Assembly: GCF_965278975.1 (NCBI RefSeq) | Contig: NZ_OZ257126.1 | Location: 3,653,113-3,717,112, forward strand | From: Ferrovibrio sp. | Lineage (GTDB): Bacteria; Pseudomonadota; Alphaproteobacteria; Ferrovibrionales; Ferrovibrionaceae | Reading direction: 5' to 3' | DNA: 64,000 nt | Part shown: positions 18,051 to 27,339 of the stretch, in pieces | Position numbering within the stretch: position 1 is the stretch's first letter | Layout: each line of letters starts with the position of its first letter | Made by a program: the position numbers and the translations under genes | Notes under the pieces: model-generated | Databases searched by the model: none | Seen by the model: only the letters and a program-made list of their open reading frames with translations | What the model was told of the DNA's origin: nothing

Positions 18051-18125
18051 CTAGCTGAACATGAACCAGATCAGCAGGATTACCGGGATCGGCACGCCGA
18101 CGAGCCAGAGCAGAATATAGCGCAT
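18051..18125 (-). CDS. 24-aa single-TM small protein
   Basis: MRYILLWLVGVPIPVILLIWFMFS: hydrophobic, with an LLW-x-GVPIP pattern I recall from small proteobacterial proteins; fills the gap between eipB and the ROK gene. Confidence 0.6.
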   Translation of the reverse strand: MRYILLWLVGVPIPVILLIWFMFS

Positions 18126-18175
18126 GGTAGCCCCATGGTTTGTGTCACCTGGGGAATAAACGTGGCAATCGCGAT

Positions 18176-19099
18176 TTAGTTCCGCTCGCCGATGCGCCAC
18201 AGCCAGGCGGCACCGCGCACGCCGGAACTGTCGCCATGCCGGTTGCGCAGCAGCGGCGTGGTGACGTGGTCGCTGAACGCCCAGCGCTGCCACAGCTTCG
18301 GCACATTGGCGTAGAGCCGCTCGATATTGGAGAGGCCGCCACCCAGCACGATGGCATCGGGATCGAGCAGGTTCATCACCCCGGCCAGCGCGCGGGCCAG
18401 GCGGCTTTCCAGCCGCTGCAATGCCGCCTCGGCCTGGGCATCGCCAAGCTCAGCCAGCGTTACGATGTCGGTTGCCTGGCGCGGCGTGCCGCTGGCGCGG
18501 GCATAATCGGCTTCGAAACCGGGGCCGGAGAGCCAGGTCTCGTTGCAGCCTTGCAGGCCACAATAGCAATCAGGGCCAGGCAATTCGCCAAGTTCGGGCC
18601 AGGGCAGCGGGTTGTGGCCCCATTCGCCGGCAATGGCATTGGGGCCGAGCAGGCATTGGCCGTTCACCACGATGCCGGCGCCGCAGCCGGTGCCGAGGAT
18701 GACGCCGAACACGGTGCGGTAGCCCTGGCCGGCACCGTCGGCGGCTTCCGACAGCGCGAAGCAATTGGCATCGTTGCCAAGCCGCACCGGCCGCTGCAAC
18801 GCCGCCTGCAGATCGTGATCCATGGCATGGCCGATCAGCCATACTGAATTGGCATTCTTCACCAGGCCGGTGGCGGGCGAGATGGTGCCGGGAATCCCGA
18901 CACCGACGGGTGCCGGTGGTCCGAAGCGGATGATATTGGCTTCGCTGTCCACCACCTGCACCAGGTCGCGGATGGCGCGGATGGTGGCGGTATAATCGTC
19001 GCGCGGTGCGGAGATACGCCGGCGGGCGCGGATCGCGCCATCATCGCCGAGTGCGATGGCCTCGATCTTGGTGCCGCCGAGATCCACGCCGATCCGCAT
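18176..19099 (-). CDS. ROK family sugar kinase (fructokinase/Mak-like)
   Basis: GVDLGGTK, NDANCFALSEA, ILGTGCGAG, GEWGH and CYCGLQGC motifs. Confidence 0.93.
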   Translation of the reverse strand: MRIGVDLGGTKIEAIALGDDGAIRARRRISAPRDDYTATIRAIRDLVQVVDSEANIIRFGPPAPVGVGIPGTISPATGLVKNANSVWLIGHAMDHDLQAALQRPVRLGNDANCFALSEAADGAGQGYRTVFGVILGTGCGAGIVVNGQCLLGPNAIAGEWGHNPLPWPELGELPGPDCYCGLQGCNETWLSGPGFEADYARASGTPRQATDIVTLAELGDAQAEAALQRLESRLARALAGVMNLLDPDAIVLGGGLSNIERLYANVPKLWQRWAFSDHVTTPLLRNRHGDSSGVRGAAWLWRIGERN

Positions 19100-19102
19100 G
19101 GA

Positions 19103-19789
19103 TCAGCTGCCCAGTTCGCGGGCCAGGTGCTGCGCCATCGCCGCCCAGGATTCGCCGCGATGCTGGCAATGCTCGCTGGGCGGTAGCAAGGCGGCCAGCC
19201 GATGATCGGCGATGAAATGCACCCGGTGCACCGCTGGTGCCAATTTCGCCACCGAGGCATGGTTATGCGGAATATCGTCGATAAAGGCGGCGCGCTTCGG
19301 GCCATGGTGCAGCAGGGCGGCCATGGCCGGCCCCTTGGGTCCGGTATTGGCAATGATGGGGTAGGGCATGCCGTGGCGGTGCAAAGCGGTGGCGCGGGCC
19401 TCGCGGGCATGCAGGGGCAAGTTGCTCAGCACAACGATATCGGCCAGGGGCGCCAGCGCGGCCAGGGCGTCGGCGGCGCCATCCACCGGCTCCAGCAGGT
19501 CGGTGGCGGTGGCGAAGAAGCCATCCAGCAGCGGCCCAAGCTCGGTCTGGGGCAGGACGGCATCATCGGCCCGGCGGCGCACATTCCCGTGCAGCGCGAA
19601 GGATTGCCAGTTGAAATAGAGGCCCTGATCCTGCAAATGGCGTTCAAATCCGCGCATGAAGTAGAAGAGTACTTCGTCGGCGTCGACCACCAGCAGCGGC
19701 CGGCCGGGGTTCAGGCGCAGCTCGGCCAGTTGCGCGGCAGTTGCCGGGGCTGGACTCGCCGGGGGCGGGAGGGGATTGTTCTCAGGCAT
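19103..19789 (-). CDS. HAD-superfamily-like protein
   Basis: LLVVDADEVL (DxD), LSN and FIDD motifs; start moved to ATG 19789 because the longer ORF overlaps divK. Confidence 0.7.
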   Translation of the reverse strand: MPENNPLPPPASPAPATAAQLAELRLNPGRPLLVVDADEVLFYFMRGFERHLQDQGLYFNWQSFALHGNVRRRADDAVLPQTELGPLLDGFFATATDLLEPVDGAADALAALAPLADIVVLSNLPLHAREARATALHRHGMPYPIIANTGPKGPAMAALLHHGPKRAAFIDDIPHNHASVAKLAPAVHRVHFIADHRLAALLPPSEHCQHRGESWAAMAQHLARELGS

Positions 19790-19918
19790 GACAGACACAT
19801 TATACATGATTCGCGGTCTTGAAACGGCTTGGCCCGGTTGCAGCCAAATGCTACATATCGTTGAGATAATATGGATACAAACTGCTCCGCGTGGCGGTGC
19901 TAGTCGGGGACAAGCCGG

Positions 19919-20293
19919 ATGAGCAAGACCGTTCTGATCGTCGAGGACAACGAACTTAATATGAAGTTGTTCCACGACCTGCTGGATGCTCATGGCTACC
20001 AGACTCTGCAAACCAAGGATGGTATGGAGGCGCTGGCCATGGTGCGCCAGCACCGGCCGGACCTGATCCTGATGGACATCCAGTTGCCGGAAGTGTCCGG
20101 CCTGGAAGTGATCAAGTGGATCAAGGAGGATGACAATCTCCGTTCCATACCGGTGGTGGCGGTGACGGCCTTTGCCATGAAGGGCGACGAAGAGAAGATG
20201 CGCGAGGGTGGCTGTGACGCCTATATCGCCAAGCCGATTTCGGTCGGCAAGTTCATCGAGACGGTGAAGCACTTCCTGGACGCCAAGAACTGA
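19919..20293 (+). CDS. divK: Single-domain response regulator DivK
   Basis: [28 protein letters not shown] and IAKPIS motifs; directly upstream of pleD. Confidence 0.96.
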   Translation: MSKTVLIVEDNELNMKLFHDLLDAHGYQTLQTKDGMEALAMVRQHRPDLILMDIQLPEVSGLEVIKWIKEDDNLRSIPVVAVTAFAMKGDEEKMREGGCDAYIAKPISVGKFIETVKHFLDAKN

Positions 20294-20303
20294 CGCGGTC
20301 GGC

Positions 20304-21671
20304 ATGACTGCGCGCATCCTGGTGGTTGATGATATCCGCACCAATATCAAGGTGCTGGAAGCCAAGCTGACCAGCGAATATTACGAAGTCATCACGGCGG
20401 CCAATGGGCCGGAGGCACTGGATTCCGCGGTTCATGGCAACCCGGACCTGATCCTGCTGGATGTGATGATGCCCGGCATGGACGGCTTCGAGGTCTGCCG
20501 CCGGTTGAAGGCCGACCCGGCGACGGCGCATATTCCGGTGATCATGGTGACCGCGCTCGGCGACCCCGAGGACCGGGTGCAGGGCCTTTCCGCCGGCGCC
20601 GACGATTTCCTGACCAAGCCGGTGGATGACGTGGCGATGTTCGCCCGCGTGCGCTCGCTGCTGCGCGTCAAGCTGATGCTGGACGAGTTGCGCATGCGCG
20701 AACGCACTTCTGCCTCGCTCGGCGTGCTGTCGCCGCCGGTGCCGAGCCTGGATGAGGATTACGCCAACGCACGGCTGCTGCTGGTGGAAGATAATCCGCG
20801 CGATCAGGTGCGGCTGCAGCGCATGATCGAGGGCCAGTTCAAGCTCGACATGCAGTCCGATGGTGCCGGCGCGGTGGCCGAGGCGCGGCGCCAGGAATAC
20901 GATTCCATCGTGGTCAGCCTCAGCCTCAAGAACCCCGATGGCCTGCGGCTCTGCTCGCAGCTTCGTACCACGGAGGAGACGCGCAACGTGCCGATCCTGC
21001 TGCTGGTGGGGCCGGATGATCAGCGCGCCTTGGTGAAGGGCCTGGAAATCGGCGTCACCGATTATGTGGTGCGCCCGATCGACCGCAATGAATTCATTGC
21101 CCGCCTGCGCGCCCAGGTGCGCCGCAAGCGTTACCAGGAGCGGCTGCGCCAGCATTACCAGCAGAGCATCGAGATGGCGGTGACCGATCCGCTGACCGGG
21201 CTCTATAACCGCCGCTACATGGCCTCGCATCTCGGCACGCTGCTGAGCCAGAGCGCGTCGCAGCACGGCACGGCGGCCTTGATCCTCGATCTCGATCACT
21301 TCAAGCTGGTGAACGACACCTACGGCCATGGCGTCGGCGATGATGTGCTGCGCGAGATCGGCGCCCGCATCGTGCGCAATATCCGCGGCATGGACATGGC
21401 CTGCCGTTTCGGCGGCGAGGAATTCGTGGTGCTGATGCCCGATACGGCGCTGGAATCGGCCCAGGTGGTGTCCAGCCGCCTGCACCGCGCGATCAGCGAA
21501 GTGCCGATCAAGGTGAACGCGCCGGTGGGCCAGCTTATCGTCACCTGTTCCATTGGTCTGGGTTCGAGCCGCCCCGGCGAGCCCGCCGACACGCTGCTCA
21601 AGCGGATTGATGACGCCCTCTACAAGGCCAAGACCGCCGGGCGCAACCAAGTGCTCATCGCCACCGAATAG
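20304..21671 (+). CDS. pleD: Diguanylate cyclase response regulator PleD (REC-REC-GGDEF)
   Basis: Two REC domains, GGEEF active site, RxxD I-site (RGMD); divK synteny. Confidence 0.96.
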   Translation: MTARILVVDDIRTNIKVLEAKLTSEYYEVITAANGPEALDSAVHGNPDLILLDVMMPGMDGFEVCRRLKADPATAHIPVIMVTALGDPEDRVQGLSAGADDFLTKPVDDVAMFARVRSLLRVKLMLDELRMRERTSASLGVLSPPVPSLDEDYANARLLLVEDNPRDQVRLQRMIEGQFKLDMQSDGAGAVAEARRQEYDSIVVSLSLKNPDGLRLCSQLRTTEETRNVPILLLVGPDDQRALVKGLEIGVTDYVVRPIDRNEFIARLRAQVRRKRYQERLRQHYQQSIEMAVTDPLTGLYNRRYMASHLGTLLSQSASQHGTAALILDLDHFKLVNDTYGHGVGDDVLREIGARIVRNIRGMDMACRFGGEEFVVLMPDTALESAQVVSSRLHRAISEVPIKVNAPVGQLIVTCSIGLGSSRPGEPADTLLKRIDDALYKAKTAGRNQVLIATE

Positions 21672-21680
21672 GAGGGCGGG

Positions 21681-22190
21681 ATGCGGCGGGCCGTAGCCAA
21701 ACGCGAGAAGCCTCCCGAGCCGACGCCATCACTGGCAGAGGCCACGCCACCGCCTTTCGATATGCGCTTCGCCATCATCAACAAGATCGGCATGGTCGAT
21801 TCGCTGTCGGCCGGTGTGGCCACGCGGCTATTGGAAACCCTGTCGCTGCCGGCGCCGCTTTTCGGCCTGCTGCATCTGTTCGTCGAAAGCCCGGAAACGC
21901 CGCGCACCGTCACGGTACTGGCAAAGATGATGCGGGTGCCGCAGCCGGGCGTGACCAAGCGGGTGCAGAAGCTGCTGCAGCGTGGCCTGGTGCGGGAGGA
22001 GGCGAGCCCCTTCGATGCGCGCCAGAAGCTGCTGTTCATCACGCCCGCCGGGCAGGAACTGCACCGGCAGGCGATTCGGCTGCTGGTGCCGGCGGCCTGG
22101 GAACTTTTCGCTGGCTGGAGTGACGCCGAGCTGCAGCAGATGATGGCCAACCTGGAGCGGATCAAGGCCGCCCTGGAAGAGCGATTCTAG
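21681..22190 (+). CDS. MarR family transcriptional regulator
   Basis: Winged HTH (QPGVTKRVQKLLQRGLV) and D-R-x-L-ITPAG wing motif. Confidence 0.85.
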   Translation: MRRAVAKREKPPEPTPSLAEATPPPFDMRFAIINKIGMVDSLSAGVATRLLETLSLPAPLFGLLHLFVESPETPRTVTVLAKMMRVPQPGVTKRVQKLLQRGLVREEASPFDARQKLLFITPAGQELHRQAIRLLVPAAWELFAGWSDAELQQMMANLERIKAALEERF

Positions 22191-22274
22191 TCTAAGTTAT
22201 TATTGTGAAAAGGAATTTACTCGATTGGGCCATCGGGTGACGGCTTTTCACGCTCAATAACATTCCTAAGAATT

Positions 22275-22293
22275 ATAATTGCAAATCATTATT
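22275..22293. promoter_or_regulatory. Fur-box-like iron regulatory site
   Basis: ATAATTGCAAATCATTATT matches 12/19 of GATAATGATAATCATTATC, in an AT-rich island upstream of a siderophore receptor. Confidence 0.55.
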
Positions 22294-22336
22294 ACTAGTA
22301 CTAAATTCCAGCCCCAGCAAAAGTACATTCTGGGGA

Positions 22337-24502
22337 ATGATCACAATGAATCGGCACAGTAAGTTCTGGGTTGCGGCGGCGATTGGCGGGGGCCTGTCGG
22401 CTGTTGGCGTCGGGGTAGGCGGGGCGCCGGCACTGGCGCAGGAAAGCGGCAACACACCGACCCTGCTCGATACCGTGCTGGTCAGTGCCTCGCGCGTCGA
22501 GGAGCCGGTTTCCTCGATCCCCGGTTCGGTGATCGTGATCGGCCGCGAGGAAATCGAGCGCCAACTGCGCCTGACCAGCAACCCGTCCAAGGTGCTGCAG
22601 AAGCTGGTGCCGGGCTACAGCATCAGCAACGAGACGCTGAGCAATGCGTCGGAGAATTTCCGCGGCCGCAACACCCTGGTGCTGGTGGATGGCGTGCAGC
22701 GCAACACCCCGCTGCGCGATATCTCGCGCATGCTTTCGGGCGTCGATCTGAACAGTATCGAGCGCATCGAGGTGGTGAACGGCGCCAGCGCCATTTACGG
22801 CAACGGCGCCACCGGCGGCATCATCAACTTCATCACCAAGCAGGGCAGTGGCACGCCGGAGACCACGGCCTCCATCGGCCTGCGCGCCTTCACCGCCGAT
22901 ATCGGTGCATCCATCGCGCCGGAACTCTCGGCCGGTTTCCGGGGCGATGCCGGCCCGGTGGATGTGGTGGCGAATCTCACCGCCAAGTATAGCCGCGATG
23001 TGTTTGACGGCCATGGCAAGCTGGTGCCGTCCGACGGCATGCTGGGGCAGGGCGGCGCTGACAATGTCAGCGACTATAACGGCCTGTTCAAGGTCGGCAA
23101 AAGTTTCGATGCGCGCCGCCTGGAATTCTCGCTGAACGCGATCCATCTCGACCAGGAGCCGGATTACTTCACCAGCTATGCCACGCGCCCGGCCTCGGTG
23201 ATGACCAATTCGCCCTATAGCGGCCGCAGCGTTGCCGAGCGTTCGGAATTCTACCGCACCAGCTATACCGATGCGGGCTTCGCGCTTGGCTCGCTGCGTG
23301 TCGACCTGAGCTACAGCGATGTCGAGCGCCGCGCAGCACTAGCGCCGCTCTCCACCGCCAATCCCTTCGTCTATTACACCGGCGGCTCGTTCACGGTGCT
23401 GAACACCAACGGCCAGACCACGCTCTATAGCCAGCAGCTTGGTTTGCAGACGGCGGTGACCACGCCGCTCGATACGATAATGAAGGGTATGAAGCTGACC
23501 TGGGGCGCCGATATCGGCCAGGACAGGACCAAGCAGAAATTCCAGGATGGCGTGGATGCCATCGCACCGATGGAGCAGGTGAACTACGCCGCCTATGCCC
23601 AGGTCGATGCGCCGGTGCTGGACTGGATGCGCCTGCGCGGCGGTTTGCGCTACGACCGCTTCGAGCTTGACCTCTCCAATTTCCGCCGCCCGGCCTATAC
23701 CAATGGCGCGGCGCAGCTTGCGCCTGTGAATGTGATCGGCGGTTCCTTCGTCTACGATGCGCTGGTCTACAATGCCGGCATGGTGGTGGATGTGGCCAAG
23801 GGGCTGGAAGCCTTCGCCGGCTTCTCGCAGGGCTATTCGCTGCCCGATTACGGCGGCTTCACCCGCCGTTCCGGTTTCCAGGGTGTCGGCACCAACTTCA
23901 CCACGCTGGGCCCGAAGCCGCAGAAGGTCACCACCTACGAAGCCGGCCTGCGCGGCCAGAACGAGCAGGCCAGCGGCGGCATCAGTGCCTATTTCTCGCA
24001 ATCCGATCTCGGCACCACCTTCATCGCGGCGTCGAACCAGATTTCGCAGCAGAAGGAAGAAGTCTACGGCCTCGAACTCTACGGCGAATACAGCCTGACC
24101 AAGAATGTCACGCTCGGTGGCACGTTGGCCTGGATGGAAGGCCGCTACGACTCCAACCGCGATGGCAGCATCGACAATTACCTGCCGAACAACCGCATCG
24201 GCAGCCCGCTCAAGGCGATGATCTATGCCGATTGGGAGGTCGACCGCGACTGGTCGCTGCACGCCGAAACGGTGTACTTCTCCTCGCGCCTGCGCAACGA
24301 TGGCACCACCCGCTTTGAACTCGACGAGGGCTTCCTGGTCAACGCCATCGCAAGCTACCGGCTTGGCCATGGCACCTTCAGCTTCGGCGTCGAGAACCTG
24401 TTCGACAGCTACTATTACAACCCCAGCGCCAGCGCCACGCGCAACAGCTATGTTGCTGCCCTCGGCCGTACCGTGGCGATGCGCTACAGCCATAAATTCT
24501 AA
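22337..24502 (+). CDS. TonB-dependent siderophore receptor (IutA/RhtA-like)
   Basis: Signal peptide, TonB box (DTVLVSASR), plug motif (IERIEVVNGASAIYGNGATGGIIN), terminal Phe. Confidence 0.92.
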   Translation: MITMNRHSKFWVAAAIGGGLSAVGVGVGGAPALAQESGNTPTLLDTVLVSASRVEEPVSSIPGSVIVIGREEIERQLRLTSNPSKVLQKLVPGYSISNETLSNASENFRGRNTLVLVDGVQRNTPLRDISRMLSGVDLNSIERIEVVNGASAIYGNGATGGIINFITKQGSGTPETTASIGLRAFTADIGASIAPELSAGFRGDAGPVDVVANLTAKYSRDVFDGHGKLVPSDGMLGQGGADNVSDYNGLFKVGKSFDARRLEFSLNAIHLDQEPDYFTSYATRPASVMTNSPYSGRSVAERSEFYRTSYTDAGFALGSLRVDLSYSDVERRAALAPLSTANPFVYYTGGSFTVLNTNGQTTLYSQQLGLQTAVTTPLDTIMKGMKLTWGADIGQDRTKQKFQDGVDAIAPMEQVNYAAYAQVDAPVLDWMRLRGGLRYDRFELDLSNFRRPAYTNGAAQLAPVNVIGGSFVYDALVYNAGMVVDVAKGLEAFAGFSQGYSLPDYGGFTRRSGFQGVGTNFTTLGPKPQKVTTYEAGLRGQNEQASGGISAYFSQSDLGTTFIAASNQISQQKEEVYGLELYGEYSLTKNVTLGGTLAWMEGRYDSNRDGSIDNYLPNNRIGSPLKAMIYADWEVDRDWSLHAETVYFSSRLRNDGTTRFELDEGFLVNAIASYRLGHGTFSFGVENLFDSYYYNPSASATRNSYVAALGRTVAMRYSHKF

Positions 24503-24505
24503 GGC

Positions 24506-24889
24506 ATGTTTGCATACGAAACCGAGCGCGCGCCGCTCTATGTGCTTCGCTTCGTCGGCCGTTTCACAGCGGCCGACGAACGTGTTTATCTGGCCACCCT
24601 GGAGGATCTGCTGCACCGCCCGCCGGGCTTTGCCCTGGTGGTGGTGCTGCAGAACGAGAACCGCATGTCGGCGGATGGCAACAAGCAGCAGGCGCTGTGG
24701 TTCAAGCAGAACCGCAATTGGCTCGGCGAGATATGCCGGGGCATGGTGCGGGTGCGCGAGCACGAGCCTGACCATCACCACGACACCAGCAATTTCCGCA
24801 AGGCGATGCCGTTCCCGACCACTGAAGTGGAAACCGAGGCCGAAGGTATTGCCTGGGCGTTAGCCCGTTTAGAGGAAGCCGGGCGTTAG
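24506..24889 (+). CDS. Small hypothetical protein (possibly STAS/SpoIIAA-like alpha/beta fold)
   Basis: 127 aa, tightly packed between receptor and MFS; C-terminal ETEAEGIAWA resembles SpoIIAA-like ends (impression only). Confidence 0.6.
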   Translation: MFAYETERAPLYVLRFVGRFTAADERVYLATLEDLLHRPPGFALVVVLQNENRMSADGNKQQALWFKQNRNWLGEICRGMVRVREHEPDHHHDTSNFRKAMPFPTTEVETEAEGIAWALARLEEAGR

Positions 24890-24908
24890 CCCGTCTGGAG
24901 GAAGCCGC

Positions 24909-26192
24909 ATGACCATAGCCGATAGCAGCGTGCCCTCGGTGGCGGCGCCCGCCGTTGTGCAGAAGCGCATCCTGGTGGCACTGGTGGGGCTTTATGTCGC
25001 CCAGGGCATCCCGATGTATCTCTACGCGGCGGCTTTGCCGGCGATCCTGCGCGATGGCGGCGTGTCGCGCAGTGCTATCGGCCTGATCGGCCTGCTGATG
25101 GCGCCGATGATGCTGAAATTCCTCTGGGCGCCGATGGTGGACCGTATGCCGCTGCGGCTGTTCGGCCTCGCCAGGCTGGGCCACCGCCGCTCCTGGATCG
25201 TGCCGACCCAGATCGGCGTGGTGCTGCTGCTGGTGCTGTTCGCCTTCCTGCCGCCGACCAATATGTGGGTGGTGATCGGGCTCGGCTTCGTCATCACCAT
25301 GCTCAGTTCGACCCAGGATATCGCCACCGACGGCTTCGCCACCGAGCGGCTCAAGGCCAGCGAGCGGGCGCGCGGCAATGCCGTGCAGGGCGGCAGCGTG
25401 GCGATCGGCGTGGTGATCGGCTCCAGCCTGACACTCTATCTCTACAGCCAGTTCGGCTGGACCACGGCAATCCTGGTGCTGGCGGCATTGTCTGCCGGCA
25501 CACTGCTGTTCACCCTGCTGATGGATGAGCCGCCGGCCCAGGCGGTTCCCCAGGCTGCGGCAGTGGCTGGGGCGGCGGAAGGGAATGGCGCCTCGCTGCG
25601 GGCCGCGCTGCGCGATCCGATCACCTATTCGGTGCTCGGCTTCGCCCTGGTCTACCGGGCGTCCGAAGGCATCACCAAGGCGATGGAGAAGCCCTTCCTG
25701 GTCGATAACGGCCTGTCGCTGGAACTGATCGGCTATCTCTCAGGCGCCGCCGCCGTCACCGCCGGGCTGCTCGGCGCGGCGCTGGCGGCCTGGACCATCC
25801 GCCGCCTCGGCCTGTGGCAGACCATCCTGGCGCTCGGCCTGCTGCGCACGGCGGTATTCTTCGGCTGTTGGCTCTATGCCACGCTGCCGCTGGATTGGCA
25901 CCCGCTGCTGATCATCCTGGTGGCCTGCAACACCATCTCCCGCTACATGGAGATCGTGGCGCTGTATTCGCTGTTCATGGGGGCGGCGGCCAGGGAGCGC
26001 GCCGGCACCGACTTCTCGCTGCTCTCCTGCGCCCAGCTTTTCGTGTTCATGGCCGGCGCCCTGATCAGCGGCGTGCTCACCGATGCGTTGGGCTATCCCG
26101 GCCTGTTCGCCATTGCCACGGTGCTGTCGGTGCTCAGCCTGTGGGCGGCCCTGCGCAAGGTGCCGGCGGACCATCCGGCGATGCAGACCTGA
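24909..26192 (+). CDS. MFS transporter, RhtX/FptX/AmpG-like siderophore permease
   Basis: LYVAQGIP, KFLWAPMVD, RRSWI and TQDIATDG motifs; about 12 TM segments. Confidence 0.88.
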   Translation: MTIADSSVPSVAAPAVVQKRILVALVGLYVAQGIPMYLYAAALPAILRDGGVSRSAIGLIGLLMAPMMLKFLWAPMVDRMPLRLFGLARLGHRRSWIVPTQIGVVLLLVLFAFLPPTNMWVVIGLGFVITMLSSTQDIATDGFATERLKASERARGNAVQGGSVAIGVVIGSSLTLYLYSQFGWTTAILVLAALSAGTLLFTLLMDEPPAQAVPQAAAVAGAAEGNGASLRAALRDPITYSVLGFALVYRASEGITKAMEKPFLVDNGLSLELIGYLSGAAAVTAGLLGAALAAWTIRRLGLWQTILALGLLRTAVFFGCWLYATLPLDWHPLLIILVACNTISRYMEIVALYSLFMGAAARERAGTDFSLLSCAQLFVFMAGALISGVLTDALGYPGLFAIATVLSVLSLWAALRKVPADHPAMQT

Positions 26193-26241
26193 CCGGGATC
26201 ACGGTTAGCCAGCTAGAACGCTGGCAGCCAGGCAGAACGAA

Positions 26242-26265
26242 AAACGGCGCCGGAAGGCGCCGTTT
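26242..26265. terminator. Bidirectional terminator between MFS and rpmG
   Basis: AAACGGCGCC-GGAA-GGCGCCGTTT between convergent genes. Confidence 0.7.
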
Positions 26266-26294
26266 GCGTATCCAGATCAGAAGTAACTGGATGG

Positions 26295-26462
26295 TTACTT
26301 GATCTTGGCTTCCTTGAATTCGACATGCTTGCGCGCCACCGGATCATACTTCTTGAAGCTCAGCTTCTCGGTCTTGGTGCGCGGGTTCTTCTTGGTCACA
26401 TAGAAGAAGCCGGTGTCAGCGGTGCTGATCAGCTTGATCTTCAGGGTGGTCGGCTTTGCCAT
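26295..26462 (-). CDS. rpmG: 50S ribosomal protein L33 (zinc-free type)
   Basis: Hand translation [55 protein letters not shown] (55 aa); below the ORF-track cutoff. Confidence 0.97.
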   Translation of the reverse strand: MAKPTTLKIKLISTADTGFFYVTKKNPRTKTEKLSFKKYDPVARKHVEFKEAKIK

Positions 26463-26578
26463 GGCGGTGATTCCAACAGACGGGTGTTAAAAAGTTGGCG
26501 CAGCATAGGGATTCGCGGCGCTTTGTCAAGGTAAGGGTAGCTCCGCCGGGCGTGAAACCTGGGGCTTGGCGATTCCAG

Positions 26579-26594
26579 TGTTTCATGTGAAACA
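26579..26594. other. parS centromere-like site (ParB binding)
   Basis: TGTTTCATGTGAAACA is 15/16 to the consensus TGTTTCACGTGAAACA; intergenic. Confidence 0.75.
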
Positions 26595-26605
26595 GAGTCG
26601 GAACA

Positions 26606-27298
26606 TCAATCCTCCCAGGAAACCACCGGACGGCCTGAGCGATAGCGCCAGAAGGCGGTGCGGGCGGGCTGGGACAGGCTTTCCAGGTCTTTAAGCTGCC
26701 CCAGCACGAATTCGGTGATATCGGCCAGCGGCAGCGCCAGGGCCTCATCCAGCGGCCGGAAACCAAGATCGAGCAGTTCGCCGGAACCGCCCAGCTCGCC
26801 CGAGGCGGCCTCGGCATCAGCGACGAAGAAGCGGGCGTGGAAACGGATCGGGCTCTGCGCCGGGGTGATGGCACGGCAGAGATAGGCCAAGCCGGAGAGG
26901 TCCGGCCGCAGGCTGCCGGAGACCAGCGGCCCCAGCGCCAGGCCGGTTTCCTCCCAGGTTTCCCGTGCAGCGGCGATGCCCAGGGCCTGTGCCGCCTGAA
27001 GTGAGCAGCCGTGATTAAGTAGCCGAGTTTCCGTATTCTTATCCAATGGCTTGTGATGGGTATCTGACTTGTCGCTTAAATCAACCCGGCCACCCGGAAA
27101 GGCGTAGACATTGGGCAGGAAGCGGTGCTTGCCGGCGCGGCGGCCGAGCAACACTTCCCAGGTGCCGGAAGCACGGCGGCGCAGCAGCACCAGGCTGGCG
27201 GCATCGCGCGGACGTGCCGGGCGGGCGCCTTCGGGCAGTGGGGGAAAGCCCAATTCCGGTCGGGCAAAGGGCGGCAGCGGGTTTTCTGGATTGTTCAT
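26606..27298 (-). CDS. NUDIX hydrolase, paralogue 2
   Basis: PRDAASLVL, FPGGRVD, AAARETWEETG and RFHARFF motifs. Confidence 0.88.
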   Translation of the reverse strand: MNNPENPLPPFARPELGFPPLPEGARPARPRDAASLVLLRRRASGTWEVLLGRRAGKHRFLPNVYAFPGGRVDLSDKSDTHHKPLDKNTETRLLNHGCSLQAAQALGIAAARETWEETGLALGPLVSGSLRPDLSGLAYLCRAITPAQSPIRFHARFFVADAEAASGELGGSGELLDLGFRPLDEALALPLADITEFVLGQLKDLESLSQPARTAFWRYRSGRPVVSWED

Positions 27299-27339
27299 TC
27301 CAGAATCCCGGTCATTCCAGAACCTTGGTCATTCCAGAA
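27295..27339. repeat. Three 17-bp-period tandem repeats (core TCATTCCAGAA)
   Basis: Copies at 27295, 27312 and 27329, spanning the stop of one Nudix gene and the start of the next. Confidence 0.85.
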
